Below are positions 1-13,604 of a stretch of DNA of 64,000 nt, one piece after another. Source of the DNA: Lama glama (taxonomy: Eukaryota); assembly GCA_028534125.1 (NCBI GenBank), contig CM052818.1:5086001-5150000 (forward strand), given 5' to 3'. Position numbers and translations under genes: made by a program. Under the pieces are notes generated by a model that saw only the letters and a program-made list of their open reading frames with translations, had not been told where the DNA came from and did not search any database. Each line of letters opens with the position of its first letter. Positions within the stretch are counted from its first letter, which is position 1.

Positions 1-225
1 CTGGTGTACAGCAGAATGCTTCAGTCACACATGAACATACATATATTCGTTTTCATATTCTTTTTTGCCATAAGTTACTGCAAGATATTAAATATAGTTC
101 CCTGTGCTATATAATATGAACTTGCTGTTTATCTGTTATATATGTAAAAAAGTATCTGCAGATCTCGAACCCCCAATTTATCCCTTCCCACCCCATTTCC
201 CCTTGGTAACCATAAGTTGTTTTGA
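1..225 (-). mobile_element. L1 3' UTR fragment (cetartiodactyl/camelid type), cut by window edge
   Basis: Reverse complement of the L1 3' UTR seen on + at 38.6-38.84 kb (ctggtgtacagca...atatagttccctgtgcta...ttggtaaccataagtt). Confidence 0.9.
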
Positions 226-231
226 GTAACC

Positions 232-260
232 AGTTTTGTTTTGTTTTGTTTTGTTTTGTT
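232..260 (+). repeat. (GTTTT)n simple repeat
   Basis: Direct reading. Confidence 0.9.
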
Positions 261-274
261 GTTAATTCTGAGGA

Positions 275-535
275 ATAGATTTGGTTGATTGCTTCTTCAT
301 GGTGTCATCTAACTGTTTATTCTATTACCTGTATTTTCTGTGCACTACTGAGAACCAGACGTCAGATTAGATTATGATTCAAATTTGTGGTCAAAAGGAA
401 TTCACAGGCATTGCCGTGTCTTTCGCGTGACATCATATCCGTAATCACATCATCTCTAGTTGACCAGTCGGCGCTACCCAGGTAGTATCAGCCTGACCTG
501 TCCGTTATAACATTTCCCATTAACCTTTTACTAAA
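275..535 (-). mobile_element. Ancient L1MC/L1ME-type 3' UTR fragment
   Basis: gatttggttgattgcttcttcatggtgtcatctaactg...cctgtattttctgt resembles old L1MC4/5 3' UTR. Confidence 0.55.
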
Positions 536-3500
536 AGACTTTAGCTGCAATGGATGGAGGAGACTTTGATCCATTATTTCATCATGGGGCACAAAAATCT
601 TTTGGAATGAAGACTGTTCCAGCTAAAAGGAGAAGGTGTGGTAGGTCACAACCCTGGAGATAAGCAAGGGCACTAGACAGGGACGGGACAACAGTGCAGA
701 GCAACTGAATAAAATGATTCAAATGGACAAGCTTGTAAAACATCTTCAACATCGTCAAGTATGTCATATAAACACATTTGCCAGGGCTAAACAATAAAGA
801 CAATCTTCAGTCTGGTGGAACAGCCAAAGCCTCAACATAAAATAACTCAATCAGAATAAAGACTCAAGAATAGAATGGCCTTAATCTTGAAGCTTCTTCC
901 AGTACCTTCTTATGATATCCAGGCAGCTTCAGTCTCATTCGAGCCTCAAGTAAAACTCCAAGGAAGGTAACAGAGTGATTGGAGCAATGGAATTGATGAA
1001 GCTTTCATTTTTCCCCCACGTAAACTACTTCCTATCCTCAACAGCTACTCTGTTCTCATAAGCATAGAGAAAGGAAGAAGGCAAATATCACCCTTGGAAG
1101 GATGTAGAGCTAGAGCAGAAGGAAATCCCCATGGCCTGACCGAGAGGGGAAATAAAGAGAAACCTTCTGGTTCTCAGGGACTGTGGAGAGAAGGACAGAG
1201 GGAGGCAGGGGCTAGTCTGAGTCTACTAAAGAAGGCTGAGACAGAGTGCCAGGCACCCAGCTGGCTTGCCAGCATGGGAGGCTGGGTACCCTTAGAACAT
1301 TGAATATGAACCATGTTGGAATCAGCCAGCACCCACCAAGCACCAAACGAGACCCTGCAGCAGACAACGGCCCAAGGGCCAGGTGGAGGTCCACCCTGGG
1401 ATGCTGCACCCCCACACCAACTAGGGAGGGGGACGAGTGAGGGAAGAAACAGCTGTCACAGGAGGCTGAACTGTTAAAATTAGAAGAAATGGGGTGGGGC
1501 ACTGAAGGGAGTTTAAGTCAGCTGCATTAAACAAAGATGCTACGATATTTCAGCACAACCAGATAATCTTATAACAGCAACAACAATTTTCAAAGAAAAT
1601 ATATATTTTGGGGAATCTTGTCCATGCCATTGTCTAGGGGTTCTAATGGGGAGGATTTGTCTGTATCTTTATTCTAGGAGAAAACTCTAATGCTTTCCTG
1701 TCTTTCTTAATGGGCAGAAATAATGTCAACCTTCTGTGGTCAGTTTCTGTCCTCCACAGGACTTGTAATTTTGTCAGATTCAGCGAAGAAGCTCCTGTTC
1801 ATGGTAAGTATACAGTCGCTATAGTTTATTAGCAGATGCAACTTGTTTAATTTTATTAAAATAATAAATTTCTGGCAAGAAAATACTGCCAGAAACTTGG
1901 GGAACTTATAGTTCTTTGAGAGTCCAAATTCTGATTACCAGGCCAGTTAGGGGCTCACTGCATAGGTTCCAGGTAAAAGTAACATGGCGGCAACCTTCTG
2001 AATAAGTTCATTGATGGAGAACGCAGGCTCCTGATCTTTAATGGCTGTGACTTGGACTTGAGCATATGGTAGTGGGTGGCAATAAAAGCTATTTGAGATG
2101 TCACATTATACAAAATAATAATGACTTTTAAAAAAGGTGTGAATTGAAATGAAAAGGCTGCAACTCTGAAGTTTCGAGACAAGCTATGCCATATAAATAA
2201 TCAGAATATCACTTGGCTTCACTGTGAGTCCTAATTCTAAACAGCTTACACATTTTCAAGTCAGAGTTACAGGAAAAACATTGATAGCTAAATAAACAGA
2301 GTGAGTACATGATTAATGTTTAAAATAGTAAACACTTCACATTTGTAGCATTCCTTTAACAGATTGGTTTGGGAGACCTTGTTTTCATTCCTGCTTTGCA
2401 ATCTGTGTTTTATTTATTTATTCTCTTTATGTTGAATTCCTCTCTTTTTAATTTACCTTTCATCTTAATTTACTCTAGGGGGCAAAGTGAAAATGTCTAA
2501 ACTAAGTGAAAAATCTAAAACAATTAGAAAATTTAAGACCGGGCAATAATCAACTCTGAGAACATAACTGCCTTTTTCAGCAGGATGAATTGTGGGCAAT
2601 AAAAAGATACCATTAGTAGCTGTTTTCTTTAGACTTTTAAAGACTCATAAAGCTACATTTTACATTTCTAACAAAGAAATAAAGTTATCCAGGAAAGTTT
2701 GGAGGCTAAGAAGAGGTGAGGTCTTTTTTCACTCATTAGAGGGGAGCTGAGGAGGGATTTACATCTCACAGACCCCAGCAGCCCTGGTCACAATGTGTGC
2801 ATATGGTGTGATATTGAGTATTGACCAAAACTCAACTACTAACCCATGAGAAAAAAAAAATTTTAGAGACATATGATCCCTGTGGTTTCTGAACATCAAT
2901 AAAAGAGAGGCCCTAGAAGCTATTCAGAGATTATGTTTGAATCAGATTGGATCTTAGATCAGCTCCAGCTGGAGATACCAATCTGCTTTTTGGGTGGGAG
3001 AGAAGGTCCCGTGTAAGAAGCCCTTAGTGGCCCTGGTTGAGCTGATGAACTCAAACGCTGAGCATGTCGGTACATTCTCTTAAAATGTCAGCCACTGCCA
3101 CCCTTTGGGAGAAGGTGATCCTGCCAGTTTGTTGGTGATACGGTCCACGTCCTGGTTACTCAGAATAATTTCCCTGGGCAGAAATTTGGATCCCTTCCCG
3201 AGCCAAGATGGGTTTACAACACAAATGTAGACAACGGTCATTCGTGGGAGAATTATCCAATGTAAGGACGGTCCAAGGATACACATTCCGGGCATCTCAC
3301 TGGTTCTTCCTATGTTCAGTGATCTGCTTCCCTGAGATACTGCCAGAATGTGCTGTTATGTTGCACATCATCCTTCCTGGTCAAAAATTTACCTTCAGGT
3401 GATCATTTAGAAAATATCTGCTCATGATCTAGGGTTTCATCATTTCCTGTGTGACGTCACTGTTTCTGTATAAATAAAGTCAAGTTTAATTCTTAGAAAT

Positions 3501-4009
3501 CAGCAGTCCATTAGAAAAAAAAAAGCAAAACACAGGTCCACTTGGCCACAGACAGAGCTATTCTGAGTCTGTCACTTTCTAGCTAGAGCAGTACCCGCAG
3601 AGGAGCATTTGGGTTCCAGGCTCCTCTCCTTGGGGGGGGAGTCCTTGTGATGCATCTGGGGTGCTTGAGAAATAATTTGCATGAGGAATTCTCAAGAAGA
3701 TAAATGGATCCACTGCACTGTGCGCTTCGATCTAGTGTCACTGCCTTCAGTCCCCTCGGGTTGTGGCGGTCCTTTCGTGCTGCCGTATTCACAGAAACCT
3801 AGCTATTTGGCATTAAGCCAAACATGTGAGGGAGATTAACAAATTTTTGCACTCATCATCTAAAGGATATTGTGCCCCATATTGTAGTTAGACAACTTGA
3901 AAACTCATTTATGCAGGAATTCTAAAGTAATAGCATTTAGACAAAGTGAATATTTCATAGCATTGGTCTGAAAGGCATGCCGTACCCTCCTCTTCTCTCA
4001 CCCTCTTAT

Positions 4010-4735
4010 GAACATTTATTGAGCATCTAATTTAGGCACAGGTTCTGGGGACTACAAGTGTGAATAATCTCTTGGGGAATTTACAATCTAAGGTGAGTGT
4101 AGACATGTAAAAACCAAGCTATAAAGAACAAGGCAGAACGGAATGAAATAAAGGTTACTGAAAAAAACAGTAAGTTGTGGACACGCTGAGTTAGGACTAA
4201 TCTTCTAGGAAAAAACTCTTCTGGGAAAATGCATTTTGAAAGACGGTTATGTAGGATTCCAAAATAGATAAAAAGAGTAAAAGGTATGTAAGGCAAGTCG
4301 GGGGAACAATGCACATTTGAAATGTAGAGAGGAGAAGGGGGTGTAGTGGAAGGCTGACTTGAAATGTGATTATGGACCAGGCTGCTGAGGGATACAAATA
4401 TTCATTTTGCAAACACTTTCCCAGCGCTGGTGATGTGCCAGGCTTTCCTAACAACTTAATGACGTTGGTGCTAGTGTGATCTTCATTGTACAGATGAGAA
4501 ACCTGAGGCTCAGAGAGGTTAACTAATGGTGCAAGGTCCACAGGCAACAAGTGCCAGAGCTGGGATTCATACCCGGGCTCTCCGGCTCCAATGTCTGTGC
4601 TGACTTTGGCAAGATATGAGCCTTGGGGCTTTGTATCATGGTCTCTATTCAATGAAGAGTCCTTGGCAGCTTTTGAAGAGGTTAATGATCTAATACAGGT
4701 GGTAGGAAGATCATTCTAGCAACAGAATGATAGCT
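4010..4735 (-). mobile_element. L2 fragment interrupted by a MIR
   Basis: gaacatttattgagcatcta...ggcacaggttctggggactaca (L2 3' end, reversed); L2-like sequence resumes near 4650 (gatcattctagcaacag). Confidence 0.6.
4400..4592 (-). mobile_element. MIR
   Basis: tacagatgagaaacctgaggctcagagaggttaactaa...gccagagctgggattcatacccggg is the reversed MIR core. Confidence 0.9.
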
Positions 4736-5043
4736 ACATTAGAAATTACTAACACCCACACAGAAATCTTACGCAGAAGAGGGTTAATATTTGCTGAAGC
4801 CTTATTGTATTAAAGGCAATGTGCTGGCATTTTCTGCGCATACACTGAATTTCCCCAGCTTTTGCCTTGGGTGAAAAAGAGGTCATGTAAAAGAGAATAA
4901 CTCTGGTTTTGCCAACTCTTATCCCTAACCGATGTTTCAGGACCTCATTCCTTCCCCGCCCCCACTGCTTCAGCCTTCAGGTCCTTCGGAGGGCTCTGGC
5001 CAATCTTTCACAGGTGCTTTGGAGCAAACCGGTCATCTGTTAG

Positions 5044-5174
5044 TCAAGCGTTGTCAATGGAACTGTCTACAGTGATGGATCTGTTCTTGAGACTGAGGAA
5101 CTGAATTTGAAAGTTTAATTCATTTTGATTTAAACAGCCACGTGTGGCTAGCGGTACCATATTGGATAGCCCAG
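5044..5174 (+). mobile_element. MER3-like hAT-Charlie element with internal deletion
   Basis: gactgaggaactgaattt...agccacgtgtggctagcggtaccatattggatagc matches the MER3 3' half; the start resembles cagcgctgtccaatagaactttctgc. Confidence 0.8.
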
Positions 5175-5744
5175 CAGCACAGGTTGGTGTTTCCTGGGCA
5201 CTTTTGCTAGTTCCCACTTCTCCCACTGGGACTTTTGGAGGGATGATCTCTCTCTGGGGATGGCAGCGACCTCTGTCGGGGACATCCCATTCTCCTGTAC
5301 CACTGCTTCTTCTAGGGACCGCTGCCAACTCTCACCATAATCCACTGCCTCCCCAAGGCATGGCCACTGCTGCGGACAATTCCCCACAGTGTGGCTCTGG
5401 AAGTGGAGAAAACAGATCCCCAGAGAGGACAGGCTGTGCCCCAGCATGCTATAGGAATTTTAGAGGAACAGCTCTTTCGAATTTCTCTTTTAGTAATTTC
5501 AACTCCCTCGCAAGATGATAGAATGACAAATAGCAGCATGTTAGCGTTCCTCCTCTCAATCGCCTTCAAGGTTTCTTCCCAAAGTTGTCTTTTTGGATGA
5601 CAATCAAAGAGCTCTTCGTATTTTAGTAAGATACCTAAGTTTGAGCAAGATCAAGTCTTCGGTAAATTAGAATTCCAGTTTAGGAGCAGACTAGGCACTC
5701 TAAAATAAAAGATGCCTCACCTAACTCATACAGCAAAAATACCA

Positions 5745-5860
5745 ACCCTAGTAAACGGAGAGAAAACTGAGACCCACAGAGTCTGATAATTTGCCCAAGG
5801 CCACCCAGCTTCTGGATGGTTGAGACAGGATTGAAATCTAGGTCTGGTTCAAACCAAGTT
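5745..5860 (-). mobile_element. MIR
   Basis: gaaaactgagacccacagag...tttgcccaaggccacccagct...caggattgaaatctaggtctg. Confidence 0.8.
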
Positions 5861-7093
5861 CAGTCTCTATTTATAACAAGTTGCCCCTCTGTTAAGAGCC
5901 CATGGCAAAAGAAGAGAATTCATGATTATATGAAAGGTTCATGTGTATAGCATACTGGTTTGAAATTTCATTACACTGAAATTGTTTAAAAAATGTGTAT
6001 TGAAGAATAACTAGCAAATCTCAAACAGTAGGTTGGTGCATAATGACAAATCATTGTTCCCAAATGAGGTGCTATTTGAATTGGGGTTTCATGCTTTAAA
6101 CCAGTTTGGCATGCACACGGCACAAAGTGCTAAAGCAGACATCAAAACCACATACTGGGCGATGTTCGGAATGACCAGAACCAAATCACTTCATAGAACT
6201 AGCTAGGGGTCAGCAAGGAATTATGCACAGTGCCTGGATTGCCCCCGTTGCTTCTACGGTGTACATGTAACTTAAGGTGCTAAGGTCTTCGGAACTGCTG
6301 TGTTACTGTTACAAAGATTTGCATAGGGTCAGCACTGCATCTCCATCTAAATCAGGAACACAATTGCTTTTCTAAAGCAATGACCAAGACTGAAAGATAA
6401 CTGGCAGTCAGCAAATTCAAAATACCACCCCCTCGTCCCCCAAGGGCCAGGGTTTTAAATATTTCAAGACAACAGCACCTAATACTTCGCAGACTTAGCT
6501 TTAAGTACACTTTCTCCCTGGAGTTAAGATCAGGGGAAATCCCACAGGAGCTCATAGTTAGTAATTTTTTAAATACTGGACACCGGGTTGAAATTCCTTT
6601 GCTGGAAAGGAAACAAAATCTCTCTCTCATAAAAATCCTTCTTCCCTTTTTATTCTCTGTTAAGCAATTTTTAATTGTTTTACATAATAATGACCTTGCG
6701 AAGTTTGAAATTCAACTGGGCAGACGGCGTTCACAGAAGGCAGACAATTTGTTGTATTGCTTCCACCAAGATACATTAAGACTGATCATATCACTCGTTG
6801 TCTTGTTCTCTTTGTGCTTCCATTACATATTTCAAACAAACTATTTTTTGATAAGTAATGACTTGCAGATGCTTTGAAAACTAATGCAACAAACAGCCAC
6901 ATGTGATTTCTCATCATACTATCTTGTATATTTTGGTATATACATTTTTTTGCTTTCGAAGAATTTTAACTTTTGGTAATTTTCAAAGTCTAGAGCTTCA
7001 CTATTAAAAAATTAAAAACACATAGGCAAAAGAGAAAAATATTAATTAAAACCATTGGTGACCTCAATGCCAAGAGGTAAACAACTTCTAGCA

Positions 7094-7415
7094 TTTTTCA
7101 AAAATTGAAATATAGTCCATTTATAATGTTATGTTAATTTCTGAGGGTACAGCATAGAGATTCACTTATACACATATATTCCTTTTCGTATTCTGTTTCA
7201 TTATAAGCCATTACAAGGTACTGAATATAGTTCCCTGTGCTATGCAGTAGGACTTTGTGGTTTATCTATTTTATATATTGTAGTTGTGTATCTACAAATC
7301 CTGAACTTCCAGTTTAACCCCCACCCTTCCCCCTGGGAACCTTAATTTTGTCTTCTATGTCTGTGAGTCTCTTTCTGTTTTGCAAATAAGTTCATTTGTG
7401 ACCTTTTTTTTTTTT
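7094..7415 (-). mobile_element. L1 3' end, 5'-truncated
   Basis: Same 3' UTR family as 1-225, 10001-10690 and 38360-38842. Confidence 0.92.
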
Positions 7416-8316
7416 AAATTGTAATTTTTTTAAAATTGCACCATTATCTAACCTGGGTAACACAATGCTACGTGGTAGAAGCAAACTCTTTCTGCCTAAT
7501 CAAATCTTAGTTAATAAATGATACCACCTTGGGCCCCCCCTTTGGTGTGCAGGCTTTTTATTTGACGTGAGGACAAAAGAACCTCCTAGTATTGCCCCTG
7601 GCATAGTGATGTCTCCCTTCCAAGCCCAGCAGGGCTGGGTCTGAAACTCAATTTCTAGAAATCAAATTGCAGTTCTGTTGCTCCTCGTCCTCCCAGGTGA
7701 GATCCGGGGCTTCATGCTCACACTCCTAAAGCAAGCAAACTTTAAGCTAATTACGTGTTAGTGTATTCTCCCTTGCTGAATTTTGGCAGGTTGCTTCTGT
7801 AAATTATGAAAAATAAATGTGAAATATGCAGATGCCTTTTGTTTGAAGCAGATGTTTGGTCCTTCTTGCCAGAATCCAATCAGCTGTTCCCCTGGGGGCC
7901 TCCCCCGCCCCAACATTATCCCAGAGCAGCTTGGAAACATGAAGGGGCGATCAGAATAGCACTTCACACGCCTTCATGGAAGCTTCTGGACTTAGGGTCT
8001 TTGTTAAGGAGAGTTAAAAATAGAACTATCCCAGTCCGCAGGAATCAGATTGTTTCTGGTAAAAGACACCAGATGCAGAACACTTTTCTCAGGTGGTGCT
8101 TGATAGAATGGGGAAGCGGGTAGATCCAGTGTTGCCATGGTATTCTCTGGGGGCCCTGCCGTTCACTCCGCCGTCTTGATAATTTATAGCAATACCTTTG
8201 GCTGTTACAGTCACAAAATTGCTGCCAGTGCTGCTCATACCGTGGCCCAGTGTCTCCTCACACAGAAATCCCACCTCAGACAGTAGAGCCTGTAATTCAA
8301 AAGTCAGTGGATGTTT

Positions 8317-9076
8317 CATGGAAATGCAAATCAAAACCACAACGAGGTATCACCTCACATTGGTCAGAATGGCTGTCATCAAAAAGGACACAAATAACAA
8401 ATGTTGGGAAGGATGGGAAGAAAAGAGAACCCTCCTACACTGTTCGTGGGAATGTAAATGGGTGCGATCACTGTGAAAACACTGTGGAGGTTCCTCAGAG
8501 AACTAAAAATAGAACTACCATATGACCCAGCAATTCCACCCCTGGGTATATATCTGAAAAAATAAAAAAACACTAACTCAAAAAGATACATGTATCCTAA
8601 TGTTCATAGCAGCATTATTTACAATAGCCAAGACATGGAAGCAACCTAAGTGTCCATCAACAGATGACTGGATAAAGAAGATGTGGTATATATCTACTAT
8701 GGAATACTACTCAGCCAGAAAAAAGAATGAAATGTTGCCATTTGTAGCAACGTGGATGGACTTGGAGGGCACATGCTGAGTGAAATAAGTCAGACAGAGA
8801 AAGACAAATACTATTGGTATCACTTATATGTGGAATCTAAAAACTACAACAAACTAGTGAATAAAACAAAAAACAGACTCACAGATACACAGAACAAATT
8901 AATGGTTACTGGTGGGGAGAGGGAAGGAGGGAGGGACAATATAGTGGCAGGGGATAAAAGAGGGGCTTATTATTGGATTATAGGAAAATCATGTGTGTGA
9001 AACTTTTGAAAATTATGAAGCACTATGGAATTGAAAAAAATCTTTCATTCAATAAAAATAATAAATTAAAAAATTG
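8317..9076 (+). mobile_element. L1 3' fragment: ORF2 C-terminal cysteine-rich region, 3' UTR and A-tail, with TSD
   Basis: Translates EMQIKTTTRYHLTLVRMAVIKK...KCWEGWEEKRTLLHCSWECK (L1 ORF2 CCHC region). TSD aaaagtcagtggatgttt (8299-8316) / aaaagtaagtggatattt (9077-9094). Confidence 0.97.
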
Positions 9077-9551
9077 AAAAGTAAGTGGATATTTGACTAT
9101 GTGACTAATTCATTGAGTTTACACAATAGTCCAGAATAATTGGAAAGACACTTTTATTTGATGTACAGCTAGGTGGCAGGAAAATAAAAATGTTTAGGAC
9201 CACATAGTCTGTTTCAAGGGTGAAATCTCTCTGTGCACTGATTCAGTGATTCTATCCTGCTGAGGTCTAATTTTACTGTGAAATCTGATCAAGGAAGACT
9301 TTAGTAAGAGTGAAATATTTGCATAGGTATTATATCATTTTTAAACAAATAACTCTGTAGGCAACATCAGTATAGGTTTTGCATTATTAGAAGCTGTCAA
9401 TCAGCTTTTGCTCTCATGTAGTCTATTAAGTAAAAATAGAGACCAGTTGTAGGATCCTCTAGGCTCCAGAGGGGAAAAACCGTAGAGCTAGTCAGTGTTG
9501 AGAATGAAAGCGGTGGATGACCATTTTGACCCAGCAGGTCGAGATGGACAC

Positions 9552-9738
9552 TAATTCCAGGCTCTGCTGAAGACTTGCATGTGACTTTAGCCAAGTTACT
9601 TGAGTCCTGCTAGGCTGTTTCCTCATCTGTGATAACATTTACTCCAGAGAACATGCCCAATGACTCAATGTAAGTCAAGTACTTAGACACACAGCATATG
9701 TGTCTGACACGTAGGAAAACCTCAACAATAGAAAGCTA
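9552..9738 (+). mobile_element. MIR
   Basis: gtgactttagccaagttactt...gtttcctcatctgt...tctgacacgtaggaaaacctcaacaata. Confidence 0.75.
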
Positions 9739-10000
9739 AGGCTGGAATTTTCCTATTCACTTTCTACTGTTTCTCAATAAGGATTCATTTTATGTATGCA
9801 TGAATGTATTTATTTACTTTTACTGTTGCACACCTTTTGTACCACAGGTGAGCACACTTCCCCTGCTCCTCTTCATGACAGAGGTAAGGAACCCCTTGCT
9901 GACATGTTCTGTTCCATTGTAGATATCTTATATGAAGGTATACGATACTTGAAATCTCCCCTTTCCTTTCTCTTGTTGAGTAATAACTTCTTTGTTTAAC

Positions 10001-10690
10001 CTTTTTTTAATTGAAGTCTAGTCAGTTTACAATGTTGTGTTAATTTCTGGTGTACAGCACAGTGATTCAGTCATACATATGCATACATACATACATACAT
10101 ACATTTTCATATTCTTTTTCATTATAGGTTACTACAAGATATTGAATATAGTTCCCTGTGCTGTACAGTATAAAATTGTTGTTTGTCTATTTTATGTATA
10201 GTAGCTAGTATCTACAAATCTTGAACTCCCAATGTTTCCCTTCCTACCTCTCTTCCCCATGGATAACCATAAGTTTGTTCTCCATGTCTCTGAGTCTGTT
10301 CTGTTTTGTAAATAAGTTCATTTGTGTCTTTTTTTATAGTCCACAAAGAAGTGATATCATATGGTATTTTTCTTTCTCTTTCTGGCTTACTTCACTTAGA
10401 ATGACAGTATTCAGGTCCATTCATGTTGCTGCAAATGGCATAATTTCATTCTTTTTTATGGCTGAGTAGTATTCCATTGTAGAAATACACCACAGCTTCT
10501 TTATCCAGTCATCAGTTGATGGACATTTAGGCTGTTTCCATGTCTTGGCTACTGTAAATAGTGCTGCTGTGAACATTGGGGTGCAGGTGCCTTTTTAGAT
10601 TAGAGTCTTCCCCAAATATATGCTCAGGAGTGGGATTGCTGGACCATATGGTAAGTCTATTTTTAGTTTTTAAAGGAAACTTCACACTGT
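10001..10690 (-). mobile_element. L1 3' fragment (end of ORF2 plus 3' UTR)
   Basis: Poly-T start; gctgcaaatggcataatttcattcttttttatggctgagtagtattccattg; gatggacatttaggctgtttccatgtcttggct. Confidence 0.96.
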
Positions 10691-10839
10691 CTGAAATTCT
10701 TCAACTTTCTCTTCTGCGTCCCATCTCCAACACTGTTTGTCTTTTCTGGGTCCGTTTCAGAAGTCCAAGTTCTTTAACTGCAAAGTTGCATTGTCTTCTA
10801 AAAGTCTGATGTATATTAGTATAATGAGAGACTTTATAC

Positions 10840-10945
10840 TTCACTAATATGTATTGTTCACCAACTATGAACCAGGCACCCAAAATACTGAACATAAATA
10901 AGATAGACAAGGGCTTGTCTTGGATGGAGTTTGCCTTCTAGCGGA
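10840..10945 (-). mobile_element. L2 3' end
   Basis: tcactaatatgtattgttcaccaactatgaaccaggcac...ggagtttgccttctag. Confidence 0.65.
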
Positions 10946-12889
10946 GTAAGTAATTAGGAAAGACCTGACAGCATCTGTACCTGAACCACCATTTATGCTT
11001 TCCAGAATCACGTACTGTGGCTTTCGCTTCAGTACCAGCATTATAAAGTAGATGTATATTTTATTTCTCTACTTCTGGAGTTGCTGTGCTCTTCAAGAAC
11101 AGTTTACCGTGCGCACAAGACCAGCACAAAGGATTAAAAAGTAAACATGTTGATCAAACGGAAGAACATTATTTTCTCCCTGACATCGAGTAAAATTAAT
11201 CAGTTACGCTGGAAACATACAGACACAACCTTACTGACCGTTTTTTGCAAAGCACTTAGTTATCGGTCCTGGAAAAATCTTCCAAATCTATTCATCAAGC
11301 CACCTAAAAGAAAAGAATATGAAGGAAGAATAAAATCAAAAAGAAATAAAGGATAGAAATGGCCTGTATCCTAGGGCTATTAATATTAAACTGATGATAT
11401 GAAATCTATAGACTGAAAATAATAATAACTTATGGTGTTAAAAATAGTATTGTCACATTATTCACAGAAAAATGGATGGGTAATCATGCTCATCTTATAC
11501 TGTTGTTTGGGGATTAAACAAGACACGAATGCAAGAGGTTTATAAACCTGAAGAAGTGTGCAGTCATTAGGTGACATACTGCCAACTCCACCAAGCACAT
11601 AGGTTTTCTTATTCTTCTTTGACATAAAAGAAACTTGAGTCTCGGACAAATGGAACGAGTCTACGTCCATTAAGATAATCAACTACAGAGCTTAAATGTG
11701 AGCCTCAGTCTTCTGCCTCCAAACTGAACCTTTCTCCACTATATCTCTCTAGCTCTCAAGTGATTTATGAATAATTAAAAAGCTACATAACATCATGACT
11801 GTATTAATGAAATATAGTCTTGATACGTAAGCATTCGAGGAATAGAAAGAAAGCAAGCATAATCAGAAAGGCTTCCAGAGAGAGAGGCAATAGCTTTTAA
11901 AGGAGATGGAATTGGATTAACTATCTATTGTATACATTGCAAGTATCATAGCCTTCCTAATTCCTCTCTTTGCTTCTGGCTTCTTTTCTAATTTAGGTTT
12001 AATAATTCAAGATAGTTCTTCCAACTTTGAAGATCTTTGCTCTATTTTCTATCATTTTTTTTTTGGTACCACAAGGACCAAGTTTCATGTCCTGGGGAGA
12101 TGTACCCCTGGCCACGGGGCAGCCTCACGTGAAACAGAGGTGGGTACACACCAGACAGAGACCAAGAGCTTTCTTCATCCACCATTCAGAGGGGCCTCCC
12201 AAATAAAAACTCAGAGCTAAAAGATCTTAGGAACCACGACCAGCCCCTTGAGAAAGTCAAAGTTCAATTTCCTGTCCATTTTGTAGTGGAATTTTTCTCG
12301 GGAAAGTAGAAAGTTCTAAAAAAGACTGATAATATCAATAACAATAATAATAAAATAATAATTCTTTGTAGATCTACATCCAGAGTTAAAGGGAAGATAT
12401 TTTAAAGACATCACTAAAGCATTTATCTACCTCTAACAGCCTCATCAAAGAATATTATTTTTTAAAAAGATGCTTCATAAAGATGTATGAATATATAGAC
12501 CTGTGATTATTCAAAAAAAAAATTGTACAAATCAAAATAAATTTGCCGGAGCAATTTAAAATAATTAACCTTTGACAAACCTCCCTCTCTGGTAATGGAA
12601 TAGTAACTATATGAATAAAAGATAAGTCGTGACATTCAATGAATTACAATATCCATCCCATAAATTACTTGATATAATAGCTGTAGAGTCTACATTTTTA
12701 TAACACTGAAATGTCCCAAACACTAAAGAACCCATTCATTTTCAGTGTGTGGTTTGCAGATAGGTTGGGTAATTTCTTTCGCCTTCTTTAGAATATCCTT
12801 TAATTGAGTCTTTACTTGGATTTCCCCCCCCCAAATACACCCTGTGTCAGCCTGTCAAGTATTTCTGCGGTACAGACACCTGCAAGAAT

Positions 12890-13170
12890 TGAGACGTGCT
12901 CACGGCTGGAGGCGCCCAGGAAAGTGAGTCAGTGTGAACGTGATTTGCATGCCGGGTGGGATGGATGAGAAGCCGGCATTGCCATCCGGCCAATCGCCAC
13001 ATTAAAGGATCCAGTGGCCCGGTGACTTGGGCAGACTGTGGGCCCTTTGGAAGAGCTGCTGCTTCTGTCCGTGTTTTCGCCTCCGCTTCCCTGAGATAGA
13101 AGGGCGGCAGACCGGAAGCCATCTTTGACCACATAAAGATGATTAGAGACCACAGCGCGGAGCATCAGTG
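12890..13170. promoter_or_regulatory. Candidate enhancer/promoter module, locally CpG-enriched
   Basis: TGAGTCA 12925-12931, ATTTGCAT 12943-12950, CCAAT 12990-12994, ACCGGAAG 13111-13118, GCCATCTT 13118-13125, TGACCACA 13126-13133, GACCACA 13148-13154. No repeat recognised. Confidence 0.5.
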
Positions 13171-13604
13171 CTTAATCAAGAGAACTAGGAGGTGCTTGTT
13201 GGCAAATACAAGCCTCGGGGTGGCAGAATGGCTGCAAGATACAGAGCTTTGCGGTCCGAAATGTGTTGCCATTTTCAGCCAAGAAGGGAAATCTATGGCA
13301 AGGGGATGCCTCCTGAGAAATGGATGCTTCCCCTGCTATTCCTTTCATCCATTAAGTATAAGACTTGCTAATCATCCAGGGGTGGACCAGTTGGTTTTCT
13401 CCAATCCTTCCAAGCCATTTGCTAGAGGAAAATGTATAAAATGGACCATGAAGGCAGCACAAGTTTCCAATTCAATGTGTATACCTCCCCAGTATCTTTC
13501 GCATGCATTTTACATCACAGCAGAATGTGCCCACACTAACGTTCTCGTTTCAAATGTCCTTCTCCTTGATCTCTTAATCCTGGTCTGGATTTCCTTATAT
13601 CACA

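Noticed and set aside
3040..3063. TGATGA...CTGA C/D box pair
   Set aside because: The boxes are only ~9 nt apart, leaving no room for a snoRNA.
4197..4652. 151-aa minus-strand ORF
   Set aside because: Read through MIR/L2 sequence (LVNLSEPQVSHLYNED is a typical MIR translation).
5312..5635. Minus-strand open frame ILLKYEELFDCHPKRQLWEETLKAIERR...
   Set aside because: Protein-like by eye, but the acceptor is weak, there is no partner exon and no recognised homologue.
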